DNA of 64,000 bases from Haliotis rubra. Its lineage: Eukaryota. The stretch is taken from the NCBI RefSeq assembly GCF_003918875.1, contig NW_025765792.1:186001-250000 (forward strand). Reading direction: 5' to 3'. The position numbers were made by a program, and so were the translations under genes. This document shows, one piece after another, positions 28,001 through 38,860 of this stretch (position 1 is the first letter of the stretch; each line of letters opens with the position of its first letter). The notes under the pieces were generated by a model that made no database searches, was not told the DNA's origin, and saw nothing but the letters and a program-made list of their open reading frames with translations.

Positions 28001-30814
28001 ACAGTGATTTGAAACAGCATTCATTAACAATCTACACAACCAGTTGGGCTATCCAGACATGAATTTAACTAGACTGGACCAGCCATTTGCTGGACAATGT
28101 GTCGTGTGGATGTGCCTTAGTGTCGAACCCTGTATTGATCATCTTGTATCCCAGGTTGATCTGAACCGACCAATGAGCGAGGTGCTGCAACAACTTAACC
28201 AGTGTCCAATCAAAACTCGTCTGACGCTGACAGGGACGCTGGTGGTTGCGAGGGACATCGCCCACGCCAAGCTGCAGGAGAGGTTAGACAAGGGGGAAGA
28301 GATGCCCCAGTATATGAAGGACCACCCTGTGTACTATGCTGGGCCTGCCAAAACACCTGAGGTAAGGGGGGATAACTCTGCAATATTGACCATGAGTGGT
28401 ATCATTGCACAAATCTAGGGATAATTTTGTTGCATCGTGACCTGGGTTCGAATCCCAATTTGGGTACAATATGTATGGATTCTATTCTTGTTGTTCCCTT
28501 CTCTGTTATCTCTGGAAATTATTGCGAGAAATACACAAAGTATATATTGAATGTACATAAAAGATTGATGCCTATTTAACAGTATGTGTAGCAGTCCAGT
28601 TGAGAAGTGGTAGAAACAGGTGTTAACTGATTCTTCATCCAATCATTTGTATCAATGCTCCAGTCTTCATTCTCCAGACTGAAAGTTTTGAAACCAAGAT
28701 TTCATCTCAATTTTTCAGGGGCCGGTGGGACAGCCTAGTGTTTAAAGTGTTCGCTCGAAGATTTGGTTTTTTTATTCCCCATATTGGTAAAATGTGTAAA
28801 GCCTATTTCTGGTGTCCCCGCCGTGATATTGCTGGAATATTGTTAAAAGCAGCGTAAAACCATACTAACTCACTCACTCACTGACTGAGACTGACTGACT
28901 GACTGACTGACTCAATTCATCAGCACTATGCTTGTGCAGAAACAAGTAGCACAACTGGAGTATTTTGTCATTAAACAACAAACACATAATATGTTTGAAC
29001 CAGACATTTATATTCTCTCATCCAGGGATATGCAAGTGGATCGTTTGGACCCACGACAGCGGGCAGGATGGACTCCTATGTGAACTCGTTCCAGGCTGCT
29101 GGGGAAGCAAGGTCATGTTGGCCAAGGGCAACCGGAGTCGCCAGGTGAGTTCGGAGGGATAGGGAATTTACCGTTTGATTCTTAAAATAACCTTCAGGAA
29201 TTGGAAATGGATTTATCTATCTCAATGAAGTTGATTGGACAAACTTTTCAAGTTACAATTGCTTATTGTCTAGTTCATCATCAAGAAGGCCAAAAGTATT
29301 TCTCCTTACGGCCAAAAGTATTTCTCCTTACTGGCATACTTAAGTTTCTATATCTAACAACCAGCGTTGGAAGAGTGTCCACACAGGTAACCAAACTCCA
29401 TGTCCACATAGGTTGCCTATTTCCATCTCCACGAAGATAACCAACCTACACAGATAACTAAACTCTACGTTCACACAGATAACTAAACTCTGTGTTCACT
29501 CAGATGACTAAACTCTATGTTCACACAGATAACTAAACTCTATGTTCACACAGATAACTAAACTCTATGTTCACACAGATATCTAAACTCTGTGTTCACT
29601 CAGATAACTAAACTCTATGTTCACACAGATAACTAAACTCTATGTTCACACAGATAACTAAACTCTGTGTTCACTCAGATAACTAAACTCTATGTTCACT
29701 CAGATAACTAAACTCTATGTTCACTCAGATAACTAAACTCTATGTTCACTCAGATAACTAAACTCTATGTTCACACAGATAACTAAACTCAGACTCAGAT
29801 ACTAAACTCTATGTTCACACAGATAACTAAACTCTATGTTCACACAGATAACTAAACTCTATGTTCACACAGATAACTAAACTCTATGTTCACACAGATA
29901 ACTAAACTCTATGTTCACACAGATAACTAAACTCTGTGTTCACTCAGATAACTAAACTCTATGTTCACACCTGAATGTTCATACAGGTAACTAAAGCATG
30001 CAAGACCCATGGAGGGTTCTACCTGGGATCCATCGGGGGTCCAGCAGCCATTTTGGCCCAGAACTGTATCAAGAATGTCGAAGTCCTTGAATATCCTGAA
30101 CTTGGTAAGTTGTTAACCCCTTTCCCAAAACAAAGGTAGAGTAATGACAGAAGTCTTGCTCAGTATGACGTGAGAAAATGGAAGACTATAGCCTACTGGG
30201 TACCGCCTTGTTAGAAGGTTGTACACAGAGCCACTTATACCTGTGCCTTGCCTCTAGAAGGTTGTACACAGAAGCCACTTGGAGTATACATGGGCCTGTG
30301 ACATTGCCTCTAGCGGCGTAAAACCAAACTCAGTCAGTCTAAAAGGGGAGGATAATCATTAATTGCCTGCTTGATATGCTTGATAAAGTGTGAGTTGATG
30401 TGAGTGAGTGTGAGAATGACTTAAATGCTACTTGAAAGGACTGACAAGCCAAGGGATTTTGGGGTTTATGGCAGTGTTATCTTTTGTGAGCATTTGACAT
30501 TTTTGTCAAAGCTGGTTATTTGGTTTGTTATCTAACGCCACACACAGCAATATTGCACAGCTATATTGCGACTGTCTGTAAATAATCAGGAGTCAGGACC
30601 AGACAATCCAGTGATCAACAGCATGAGCATCAATCTACGCAATTGGTTTTGTCAAGGCAAAAGTATCTATGAAAGTTTTCATTTGGCAGTAATCCACCGT
30701 GGTTGTTTTGCAGGTATGGAGGCAATATGGCGAGTGGAGGTGGAGAATTTCCCAGCATTCATTGTGGTGGACAATAAAGGAAATGACTTTTTCCAGGAAT
30801 GGCAGCTGGAGTAA
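22042..30814 (+). CDS. fumA: Class I [4Fe-4S] fumarate hydratase (FumA/FumB-like), mitochondrial precursor, copy 1; 1-nt deletion in exon 10 as assembled
   Basis: 12 GT-AG exons: 22042-22225, 22712-22839, 23717-23855, 24557-24657, 24817-25023, 25389-25515, 25699-25889, 26073-26183, 28155-28361, 29026-29144, 29987-30104, 30714-30814. Motifs [92 protein letters not shown]. Exon 10 is 119 nt versus 120 nt in copy 2. Confidence 0.95.
23107..23639. mobile_element. Tc1/mariner (pogo/Tigger-like) MITE
   Basis: TIR CAGTCAAATCCCGATGAGTCGAAT with TA duplication. The paralogous intron in copy 2 (about 40385) has the empty TA site. Confidence 0.9.
26967..27143. repeat. Tandem duplication (about 79 bp) containing the SINE-B 3' portion
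   Basis: CCTTGTGTAACCACGCCCATTT..GATATTGCTAAAATCGGCGTAAAATCATACTTGCTCATT occurs twice, plus a partial third copy. Confidence 0.75.
29376..29970 (+). repeat. 25-bp minisatellite ATGTTCACACAGATAACTAAACTCT, intron 10 of copy 1
   Basis: About 20 homogeneous units abutting exon 11. Confidence 0.95.
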
Positions 30815-31611
30815 TGTGACTGGTGTAACCTAGGGCAACAGTATTCTTGATGGATGCTTTGTGGAGGACACATACTTGATGGAGATGGATGGTTCATGAA
30901 TTCATGCTTCATATGAAATTATACTAAGAAATACTTGTCAAGAAGGGTACTTAGTATATTGTAAAGGATACTTTAAAAATACTTCCCACAGAATAATACT
31001 TCATGAATAATTTATAATTTTCTTGATTCATTGAGATACTCATTGAATATTAAGAGGATTCATGAATAATTCATTAAAGATTCTTCATGAATACCTTAAA
31101 AGGATTCTTTCTGAGTATCTTATAAGGAGTTGCCATGATTGCTTTATGGATTCTTCATAAATACTTCATAAAGATTTCATAAATACAGCAAAAAACTTCA
31201 GTAAGAACTCTTTGTAAATATTTCATCAGAATTCTTCATGAACACTTCCATGAGAATCCTTCTGGAATAATTCCATACAGATTCTTCAATATTTTGGAAT
31301 GGATTCATAATGATTCATAATGAATATTTCCAAAAGGATTCTTCATGAATACTTAAAGAATGAATACTTTATGATGATATTTCATGAATACTGAACAAGT
31401 ACTGATGAGTAAACTGCACAGGGTTTGTGATACTGTTGATGGTTATTAGAGTGTGAATGATCAGTGATTGGATTATGGAGACCTTAGAGAATTAAACATG
31501 TATATTGTTGTTCTAACACTTAGTTTACTTTTCTATTTGAGTTTCCCAAAACATTTTGTTTCCCACAAACCCAAGTGGGAAAGGTGCATGGGTTATAAAA
31601 CTGTATTCAAT

Positions 31612-32210
31612 ACAAAGCTTTATCTAGGGAAGGCGCAGGGCCCAGTCGATTTTGGTGACCTTCACATAACTTTCAAGGTCATGTCGACACTTTGAAGATT
31701 TCAGCATGTAAACCTGCATGTTAAGCTATCTCAAGAACCGTTCACTGGATTTTCTTCATATTTGAAACCAAGCTTTATCTAGGTAAGGCGCAGGGCCCAG
31801 TCAATTTTGGTGACCTTCACATAATTTTCAAGGTCATGGCGACACTTTGAAGATTTCAGCACGTAAACCTGCATGTTAAGCTAGCTCAAGAACCGTTCAC
31901 TGGATTTTCTTCATATTTGAAACCAAGCTTTTATTTTGACCTTCACTTATTTTTCAAGGTCACAGAGACACTTTGAAGATTTCAGCATATTAACCTGCAG
32001 GTTATGCTTGTCAGCGAGATACCTCAAGAACCATTCACTGGAGTTTCTTCATCTTTGACACCAAACTTCATCCAGGGAAGGCGCAGGGCCCAGTCGATTT
32101 GGTGACCTTCACTTAATTTTCAAGGTCACAGTGACACTTTGAAGATTTCAGCATGTTAACCTGAATTGTCAGCAAGATATTTCAAGAACGGTTCACTGGT
32201 TTTTCTTCAA
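31612..32210. repeat. About 155-165-bp tandem repeat with TGACCTT..AAGGTCA hairpins
   Basis: About 4 units of GGCGCAGGGCCCAGTCGATTTTGGTGACCTTCAC..TTTCAAGGTCA. A related sequence lies at about 58170-58380. Confidence 0.75.
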
Positions 32211-32219
32211 AGACTTTCA

Positions 32220-34187
32220 AGACTTCCCTTAAATGTTTTTCAAAAAGCAATTTCTTTAGTACTATTTTTGCATATTTCATACACTAAGAGCAAAGGGATA
32301 ACTGAACCTGAAAACCTTTTCTACATTGGTTCCCCAAAAGGCTCTGAAGCCCAGGAATGAGAAGCTTCACGAACGTTCGACATGGGGAATTGACTTACTG
32401 AAGTCCTCTGAAAATCAACAACAAACATTAACACAATTTGGTGACAATCTATATGTTCAAGAAACACTCATTACATCTTGTGGCCAGTTTGTGAGTTCTA
32501 TGTATGTACCAAATAATCCAGTGATGTCTGTAGATGATACAAGATATTGAATGAAAACCTCCCACCAACATCCAACAGTCTAAAACATCACATTGAGCGA
32601 GTAAACTACCAAGTCCATGTTTGGAAACAGTCTCTGAACCAATCATGAACATTCCTTCACCAGTTGACCATGCTTGGGGCATTTGTGATGGTCAGCTTAT
32701 CCCTATTCTGATGTCGAGAGATCCTGCTCCCCGTGGATTGGTTGAACTGACATCGTGTAAATGCAAAAAGTCAGCATGCCAGCAGAAAGAATGATATAGT
32801 GTGTACAGAGGCATGTCTTTTTGTATGGCAGGTGATTGTTGCCCGAACACCTTTGACTTGTTGCCAGTAGATGACTCCGATTCTGACATGAGTGAGTGAG
32901 TGAGTTTAGTTTTACACACTCAGCAATATTCCAGCTATATGGCGGCGATCTGTAAATAATCGTGTCTGGACCAGACAATCCAGGGATCAACAGCATGAAC
33001 ATCAATCTACGCAATAGGGATACGATGACATGTGTCAACCCAGTCAGCGAACCTGACAACCAGATCCCGTTAGTCGCCTCTTACGACAAGCATGGGTTAT
33101 TGAAGATCAATTCTAACCCGGATCTTCACAGGTCCGATTCTGACATGAAGTAAAATATGAAATGAAAGAAAGTGAAAAGGAGGGTTAATTGCAAGCTTAT
33201 GGATGTATCAAATGTGATTAAAAGTTATCTGATAGAACAATTTGAATAGCTACAACCAAAGCTTAGACGTAGTTATCGGCCATGAAGCATAGTTTTCAAA
33301 CACTTTTGGATAATGTTATTTCATCAAATATTTTAGGAGTGTAAAGGTTTGATTGACCATATCATTGACATTTAGCTCTATTCCTATACTGTATTAAACA
33401 TTAGACACCAAATAAGTTGTTTGGATTTCATATCAGTACAAATTTAGTCCTCCACTAAGTATATGTAGTTAAACTACAATGGCGGCCATTTTGAATTCTG
33501 GGTAATATGTAAAAATTGCTGATAACATGCCGTCACTCTAGAAGTAAAGAGAAAACAAAAACAACTTGTTTTAGTAACAAAAATAATGTTAACTGCCATT
33601 AAATAAATCACCCTCACACATTTCCATGAAAAGTCGGAGAATCGTTAAAATACCCGTCTCAAAGAATAAGACTGTAAAAATTAAATTACCACGATATGAC
33701 CATACAAAATGACTTGTTTTGTGCCCAAGCCATCACTCTAGGAGAAACAAGTGTCAAAAAACATCACAAGTATCAACTTTGGATGTAAATGGAAACATTC
33801 GGTGTTCATTTTTATGTAAATTTAAGTGCTGAGAAGGCAAAACACGACAAAACAAAATGGCGGCCATTTTGATTTTTCAAAATACAATTATGTCAAATAA
33901 TTTCACAAATACACAAAAGTCAAAATGAAAGTGATCAGATTGATTGTAGTAAAACTATCGATGATTAACTTTGAGGTGTTGTCGGGCAGCAAACCAAACG
34001 CGACGAAAATGCTCGCAGACCCCCACCACATATAATGACCCGTAAAAAAACCCTGATACCACAATCTGAGAGTATTACAGGCCTTTCCATGAGCCCAAGA
34101 CATCATACTAACTGAAAATAGTATCAAACAAAATCAGTACTGGGGAGGCTACGATTTGAAATTTTTCAGCTGCCTCCTCCTGGACTA
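32220..34187 (+). mobile_element. Degenerate 3' part of an Academ-like DNA transposon
   Basis: Broken frames give LPPTSNSLKHHIERVNYQVHVWKQS..PSPVDHAWG..PAPRGLVELTSCKCKKSAC..CTEACL..CCPN (Cys-rich C-terminus). Terminus reads TAGTCCAGGAGGAGGC on minus at 34187. The superfamily assignment is from recall. Confidence 0.55.
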
Positions 34188-34946
34188 TTAGGAGCCTGTA
34201 CGACATTCGGAGTGCTGACTGACTGACTATCCTGAATCACAACTTTTTGAAACATGATATAATGGATCAAACAAAGTATACATCCACACACAAAACAGTC
34301 ATATATGTGCTTTCATTGTATTCTAAAAAGTGACAAACAACTGCCCAAATCTGATAGCCAGCGCGGATGCATATTTTAATCCCAGCTTAGGGCGAAGTCC
34401 AGCTGTGACGTCATAGTCATGAGACGACGGCCATTTTCCTTTGCTTACAGTGTTTATATCCAATCGTTGTTCGGCATTCTAGAAGTTGGTGAGTCCAAAA
34501 TGAAACATACAACTTTATGGATGACAACTTCTTGTTTATTGCATAGAACTGATTACATACCATTGGCCCTTGAAGAGTTAATCAAACTATAGACTCTATC
34601 AAATCACCCCATCAGCTTGTTACGTAACACTGAATGAATCGGGCAAGTGTTAAGGGTTAGGTCAGTTTTAATTGACTGATAAAACATGACATACTACATT
34701 AAAACATCTTGAGTCTTCCGTAAATATACAATGGAAAAACAAGTAAAAGTTCTGATTAAGGTAAGAGTTTTTTAAAACACTGGAGTGGTGGGTGCGTCCG
34801 TACACTCAGCTTGCTCGTGAGGGACTGAGACCGGGTAAAAACTCCGTGCAGCTTATGCGTCTCTCGAGCGCTGTTCGGCAGCTCCGGGCGCCGCCGGAGG
34901 TTACCGAGTTAAATCCAAATAAATATATTTATATACGCCTTTGTTT

Positions 34947-35120
34947 CATGGGCGGATCCAGGAATTTTGAAAGGGGGGTGGGGGTAGGGGGTGGTTTCGA
35001 ACCCCCTGACACCCCCCACCGCCCCTTGGCTTCGCCAACGCAAAAAAATCTTTAATGTGGTCTTAAGTCATTTTCAAGGGGGTGGGATGGGGGGTCGAAA
35101 CCCCCCTAGATCCGCCCATG
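34947..35120. mobile_element. MITE with 5-bp TSD (hAT5-like)
   Basis: TIR CATGGGCGGATC, TSD TGTTT. Confidence 0.7.
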
Positions 35121-35405
35121 TGTTTATTATCGTATTTGAAATAGATTAATTGTAATGCTTTGTCACAAATATGACCTTGCATACTTGAAACCCTTGTATG
35201 TGTCTGATTCCGCAGGAAAGCAGTATATTAGATTGTATGTGCAGAGTGTTTATACAACAATAAGGATAGGATATACATGATAGGATTGATTGGAAGCCAC
35301 TTATGAAAACAATGATAGGAAAACACACACCAACACATGTACAGTGATTAGGAGCAACATGGGAAAGCATGTAAATGTTACCTTCCAACTTCTAAATGCC
35401 CATCA

Positions 35406-35641
35406 CCCGTGAAGGTCCGGGTTAGAATTGATCTTCAGTAACCCATGCTTGTCGTAAGAGGCGACTAATGGGATCGGGTGGTCAGGCTCGCTGACTGGGT
35501 TGACACATGTCATCGTATCCCAATTGCATAGATCGACGCTAAAGGTGTTGATCACTGGATTGTCTGATTATCTACACACCGCCGCCATATAGCTGGAATA
35601 TTAAAAATTGCTGAGTGCGGCGTAAATCTAAACTCACTCAC
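35406..35641 (+). mobile_element. SINE-like family C (about 240 bp, no tRNA head), representative copy
   Basis: Starts CCCGTGAAGRTCCGGGTTAGAA, has a 15-bp TSD tctaaatgcccatca, and shares its 3' tail with family B. Other copies near 12121-12330, 18440-18655, 26223-26455, 32890-33132, 37627-37863, 39105-39341, 47012-47245, 52630-52897, 52927-53168, 56525-56840, 57012-57237 and 59254-59500. Confidence 0.85.
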
Positions 35642-35921
35642 TCTAAATGCCCATCAAGCATCTAAGTTCATTTTCATGAAAACAGTCCTAATGTTAGGAC
35701 ATTATATATACTCCTCCGAAGTCAGTTATCGACATGTTCGTGTTCCGTGATACCCTGGATTTCAGCTTCGTCACACACATATGCGTCTATTTGTTGTAGT
35801 TCCTGACAGCATTTACTTTCTAAACCTGTAGGCGTAGGTACACACGCCCCAGTCACACCTAAAATATAAAACACAGCTGTCTGAATAAGACTTTCCGTGT
35901 CATGATTTTTCAACGACGATA

Positions 35922-36695
35922 ATTCCCTATTCGCCTACAGTTAAGGCGAGTTGGATGTAGGCGAATTAGGAAGAGGCGTAATGAAAATTAACTGGCCTTA
36001 CACATATTCAGCCATACCAATATGAGCCCTTGGAATTAATTCATTTAGATGTCGGGAGAAATAAATGTTATTTAAACTATTTACTGTATTGTAGTTGTGG
36101 TGTAAAAATGCGAGATTTGAGTAATACTGATTTCTATTCACATACTTCTGTCAACGCGTGGTATATGGTCGACCGGTTGAGCAGGGTGTTTCCTACGAGC
36201 GGCATTATCCTGCTCGCGCACGTCCTACACTGGCAGTCGGAATACGGGACTCGTACTCTGTTTTTCTTCAAATACACATGTAGATGTGAGTATATATAGT
36301 TTTTGAGAACATTGGACAGGCGATGACTCAACAACGGACAGATAGAAAAACAATAGCACTTCCTTGACCAGTTGATGTGATGGCAGACAAGGCCAAGGGG
36401 GGTGACCAGTTAAGGTTATAAATGTCCTATACAGTAATTATTTGCCTGACAAGTCAATGTACAATGCGGAAGTGATAAGGATTGCATAGAATACAGATTA
36501 GCATCATATTAATAATTACAATAAAGTCGCCCATGTCTTGAGTACATAGTTTTTACTTTTTAAATATTTGGACGATGGCTGTCCTGAATTAGTCACTATA
36601 ACACTTCCAACTGTAAGTGTAAGTTCTGATTTCGTCAACTTCACAATTCGCCTACATCCCAACTCGCCTTCACTAAGCAGTGTAGGCGAATAGGA
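35922..36695. mobile_element. Inverted-repeat element
   Basis: CCTATTCGCCTACA..AAGGCGAGTTGGATGTAGGCGAATT is mirrored at about 36645-36693. Confidence 0.6.
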
Positions 36696-37068
36696 CAGCA
36701 TAAACAACCTTTGAAAATAACGAGTTCGTCAGAGAATATACTTCAAGAGCATTAGAAAGATGCTTTAATTGAATTGTTCACATGAAACAGTGTGCTTGCA
36801 AAGAAAATGTCAATTCTTTACGTAACATGTAAATCAAAACGAGAAACATTTTTGAAAGGTGTTTGTTTTACAGATCGTTGTTTTTGAAGTGGGTTGAAAC
36901 ATCCTGAAGGTGATATGTTGTTTTTAAAGTGGGGGGCGTGTCTTTGGTTAGCTTTTTAAGGAATACATTGTTTTCGCAACAATAAAAAGAGATGGAAATT
37001 AGTTAGAAGTATCTGTTGGATTTATACATTTTAATCCACTTCTCAGAGGGATTAAGTAAATATGTACT

Positions 37069-38052
37069 ATGCAGAGGGTATTTAAGTTAATATTTCCAAA
37101 TTACGATCAGTCTGAATGTCACTCCAGAGAGCAGAGTTTGTTGTCCCAGCGAGGAGGTCAGCAAGTTTTACATGTTGGTCATCGTTACCGTCTGAACGGG
37201 AAGACTCAAGCTGCCATATGCTGGATATGTGTTGTTGGGGGATGCAAGGGGAAGTGCAGCACCATCGGTGAATTCATTCACACAACTATTCCCCATACCC
37301 ATCCGCCGCTAGACAATGAAGATCAGGTTTCTTAGCAGAATCCGAAACAAGATGAGGTCAGATATTGCTCCTGCCAAGACCATCTACAACGAAGAACTGG
37401 CCAATATAGACAATGATGATACTGCTGCAACAGCGCCGTCCTTAGAGACGTTCAAGTCTGAACGTTTTAATCTGACATGTACCGTCATCAGTCAAAAGTC
37501 TTTCCTCTTCTACCAAGAAACCTGGAAGACGTCGATCTACAATGAGTTTGGACAGAGACCACGACGGAAGACAGTTCCTGGCTGCAGATGACGGCGAAAG
37601 CGAGAAGATTCTTGTGTTTTCCAGAAAGTGAGTGAACTTTGTTTTACGCCGCACTCAGCAATATTCCAGCTATATGGCAGCGGTCTGTAAATAATCGAGT
37701 CTGGACCAGACAATCCAGTGATCAACAGCATGAGCACTGCACAATTGGGAACCGATGACATGTGTCAACCAAGTCAGCGAGCCTGACCACCCGATCCCGT
37801 TAGTCGCCTCTTGCGACAAGCATGGGTTACTGAAGATCAATTCTAACCCGAACATTCACGGGTGTTTCCACAACAGACATGCTTGAGATGCTTAGTGAAT
37901 CGGACACATTTTACATGGATGGTACTTTCTACGTGTGCCCCGGCTTGTGGTGACAAGTGTATGTGATTCACTGTCTAAGAGGGAACATTATGTCTCATGT
38001 GGCATATTCTCTCCTCCCCAAGAAGTCTAGAGAAGTATATGTGCGTCTCTAA
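37069..38052 (+). pseudogene. Mutator/MULE transposase remnant (FLYWCH plus DDE start), SINE-interrupted
   Basis: SQRGGQQVLHVGHRY...WICVVGGCKG..HTHPP, then KILVFS..FYMDGTFYVCPGLW*QVYVIH..YSLLPKKSREVY, with frameshifts and stops. Confidence 0.8.
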
Positions 38053-38860
38053 CATTCTCAAGACATTGACATTGACCACATTTGGAGTAGAACTGTCAGT
38101 TTGATGATTGCTGTAGGGGTCGTTGTCGGCACGGGTACCACAGACACCCGAGGTACGTTTCTGTATACAGAAATGTACATAATCAAGTCAAATTCAGAAA
38201 CGTACTTGGTGCCCCAAACGATGGATGAGTCCATTTTTCTAAACCCAAAATCTAGAAAATCTACCGCTTCATGCTGTACTTTCCTTTTGCTTGATTTCGA
38301 GTGATACTGTGCCTCGCGACTTGAATATTCATCCTTGTGTATGCTTGTTCTTATATAAGCAGTCCAATGAATCGCATACAGTATGACAGTTCTAATGAAG
38401 AAAACGGTGCAGTGCATAATGGAATCGTCCTAGGGTACATTTCTGTATTCTAATTTTGGCTTGGGTCCATATCTGTGTACTGAAACGTACCTGGGGTACA
38501 TATCTGTAGTCCCCTTGCCAACGACCCCTTCAACCACATTAGCCAGTAGAGTGTATCTTGAATCGACTTTGATGAATTCTCTTCGCCCGTTCATTATGTC
38601 TTTGTTTCAGAAGGGATGTCATCATCTCTATTGCACCATTATTTTATTCAGCACAGACTCTCACTTACAAGAGAAGTTGATTTCGATGTTTATTTTAGTG
38701 CCATACAAAATTACAAATAGGGCTAAAATTGGCAGTATGCTTGTATTCATAAATATAAAAAGAGAAACATTTGACAGATAAGGATGCAGGCCTATAAAGC
38801 CTTATTCACTCATTCGCTCAAGCACTGAACAACATTTATCGATGGGCATTTTGTTTTCAG

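Noticed and set aside
29450-29970. CRISPR-like regular repeats
   Set aside because: Head-to-tail units without unique spacers, no cas genes, eukaryotic intron.
22042-30814. Bacterial contamination or recent HGT of fumA
   Set aside because: Eleven spliceosomal introns, host SINEs within them, a presequence and animal neighbours.
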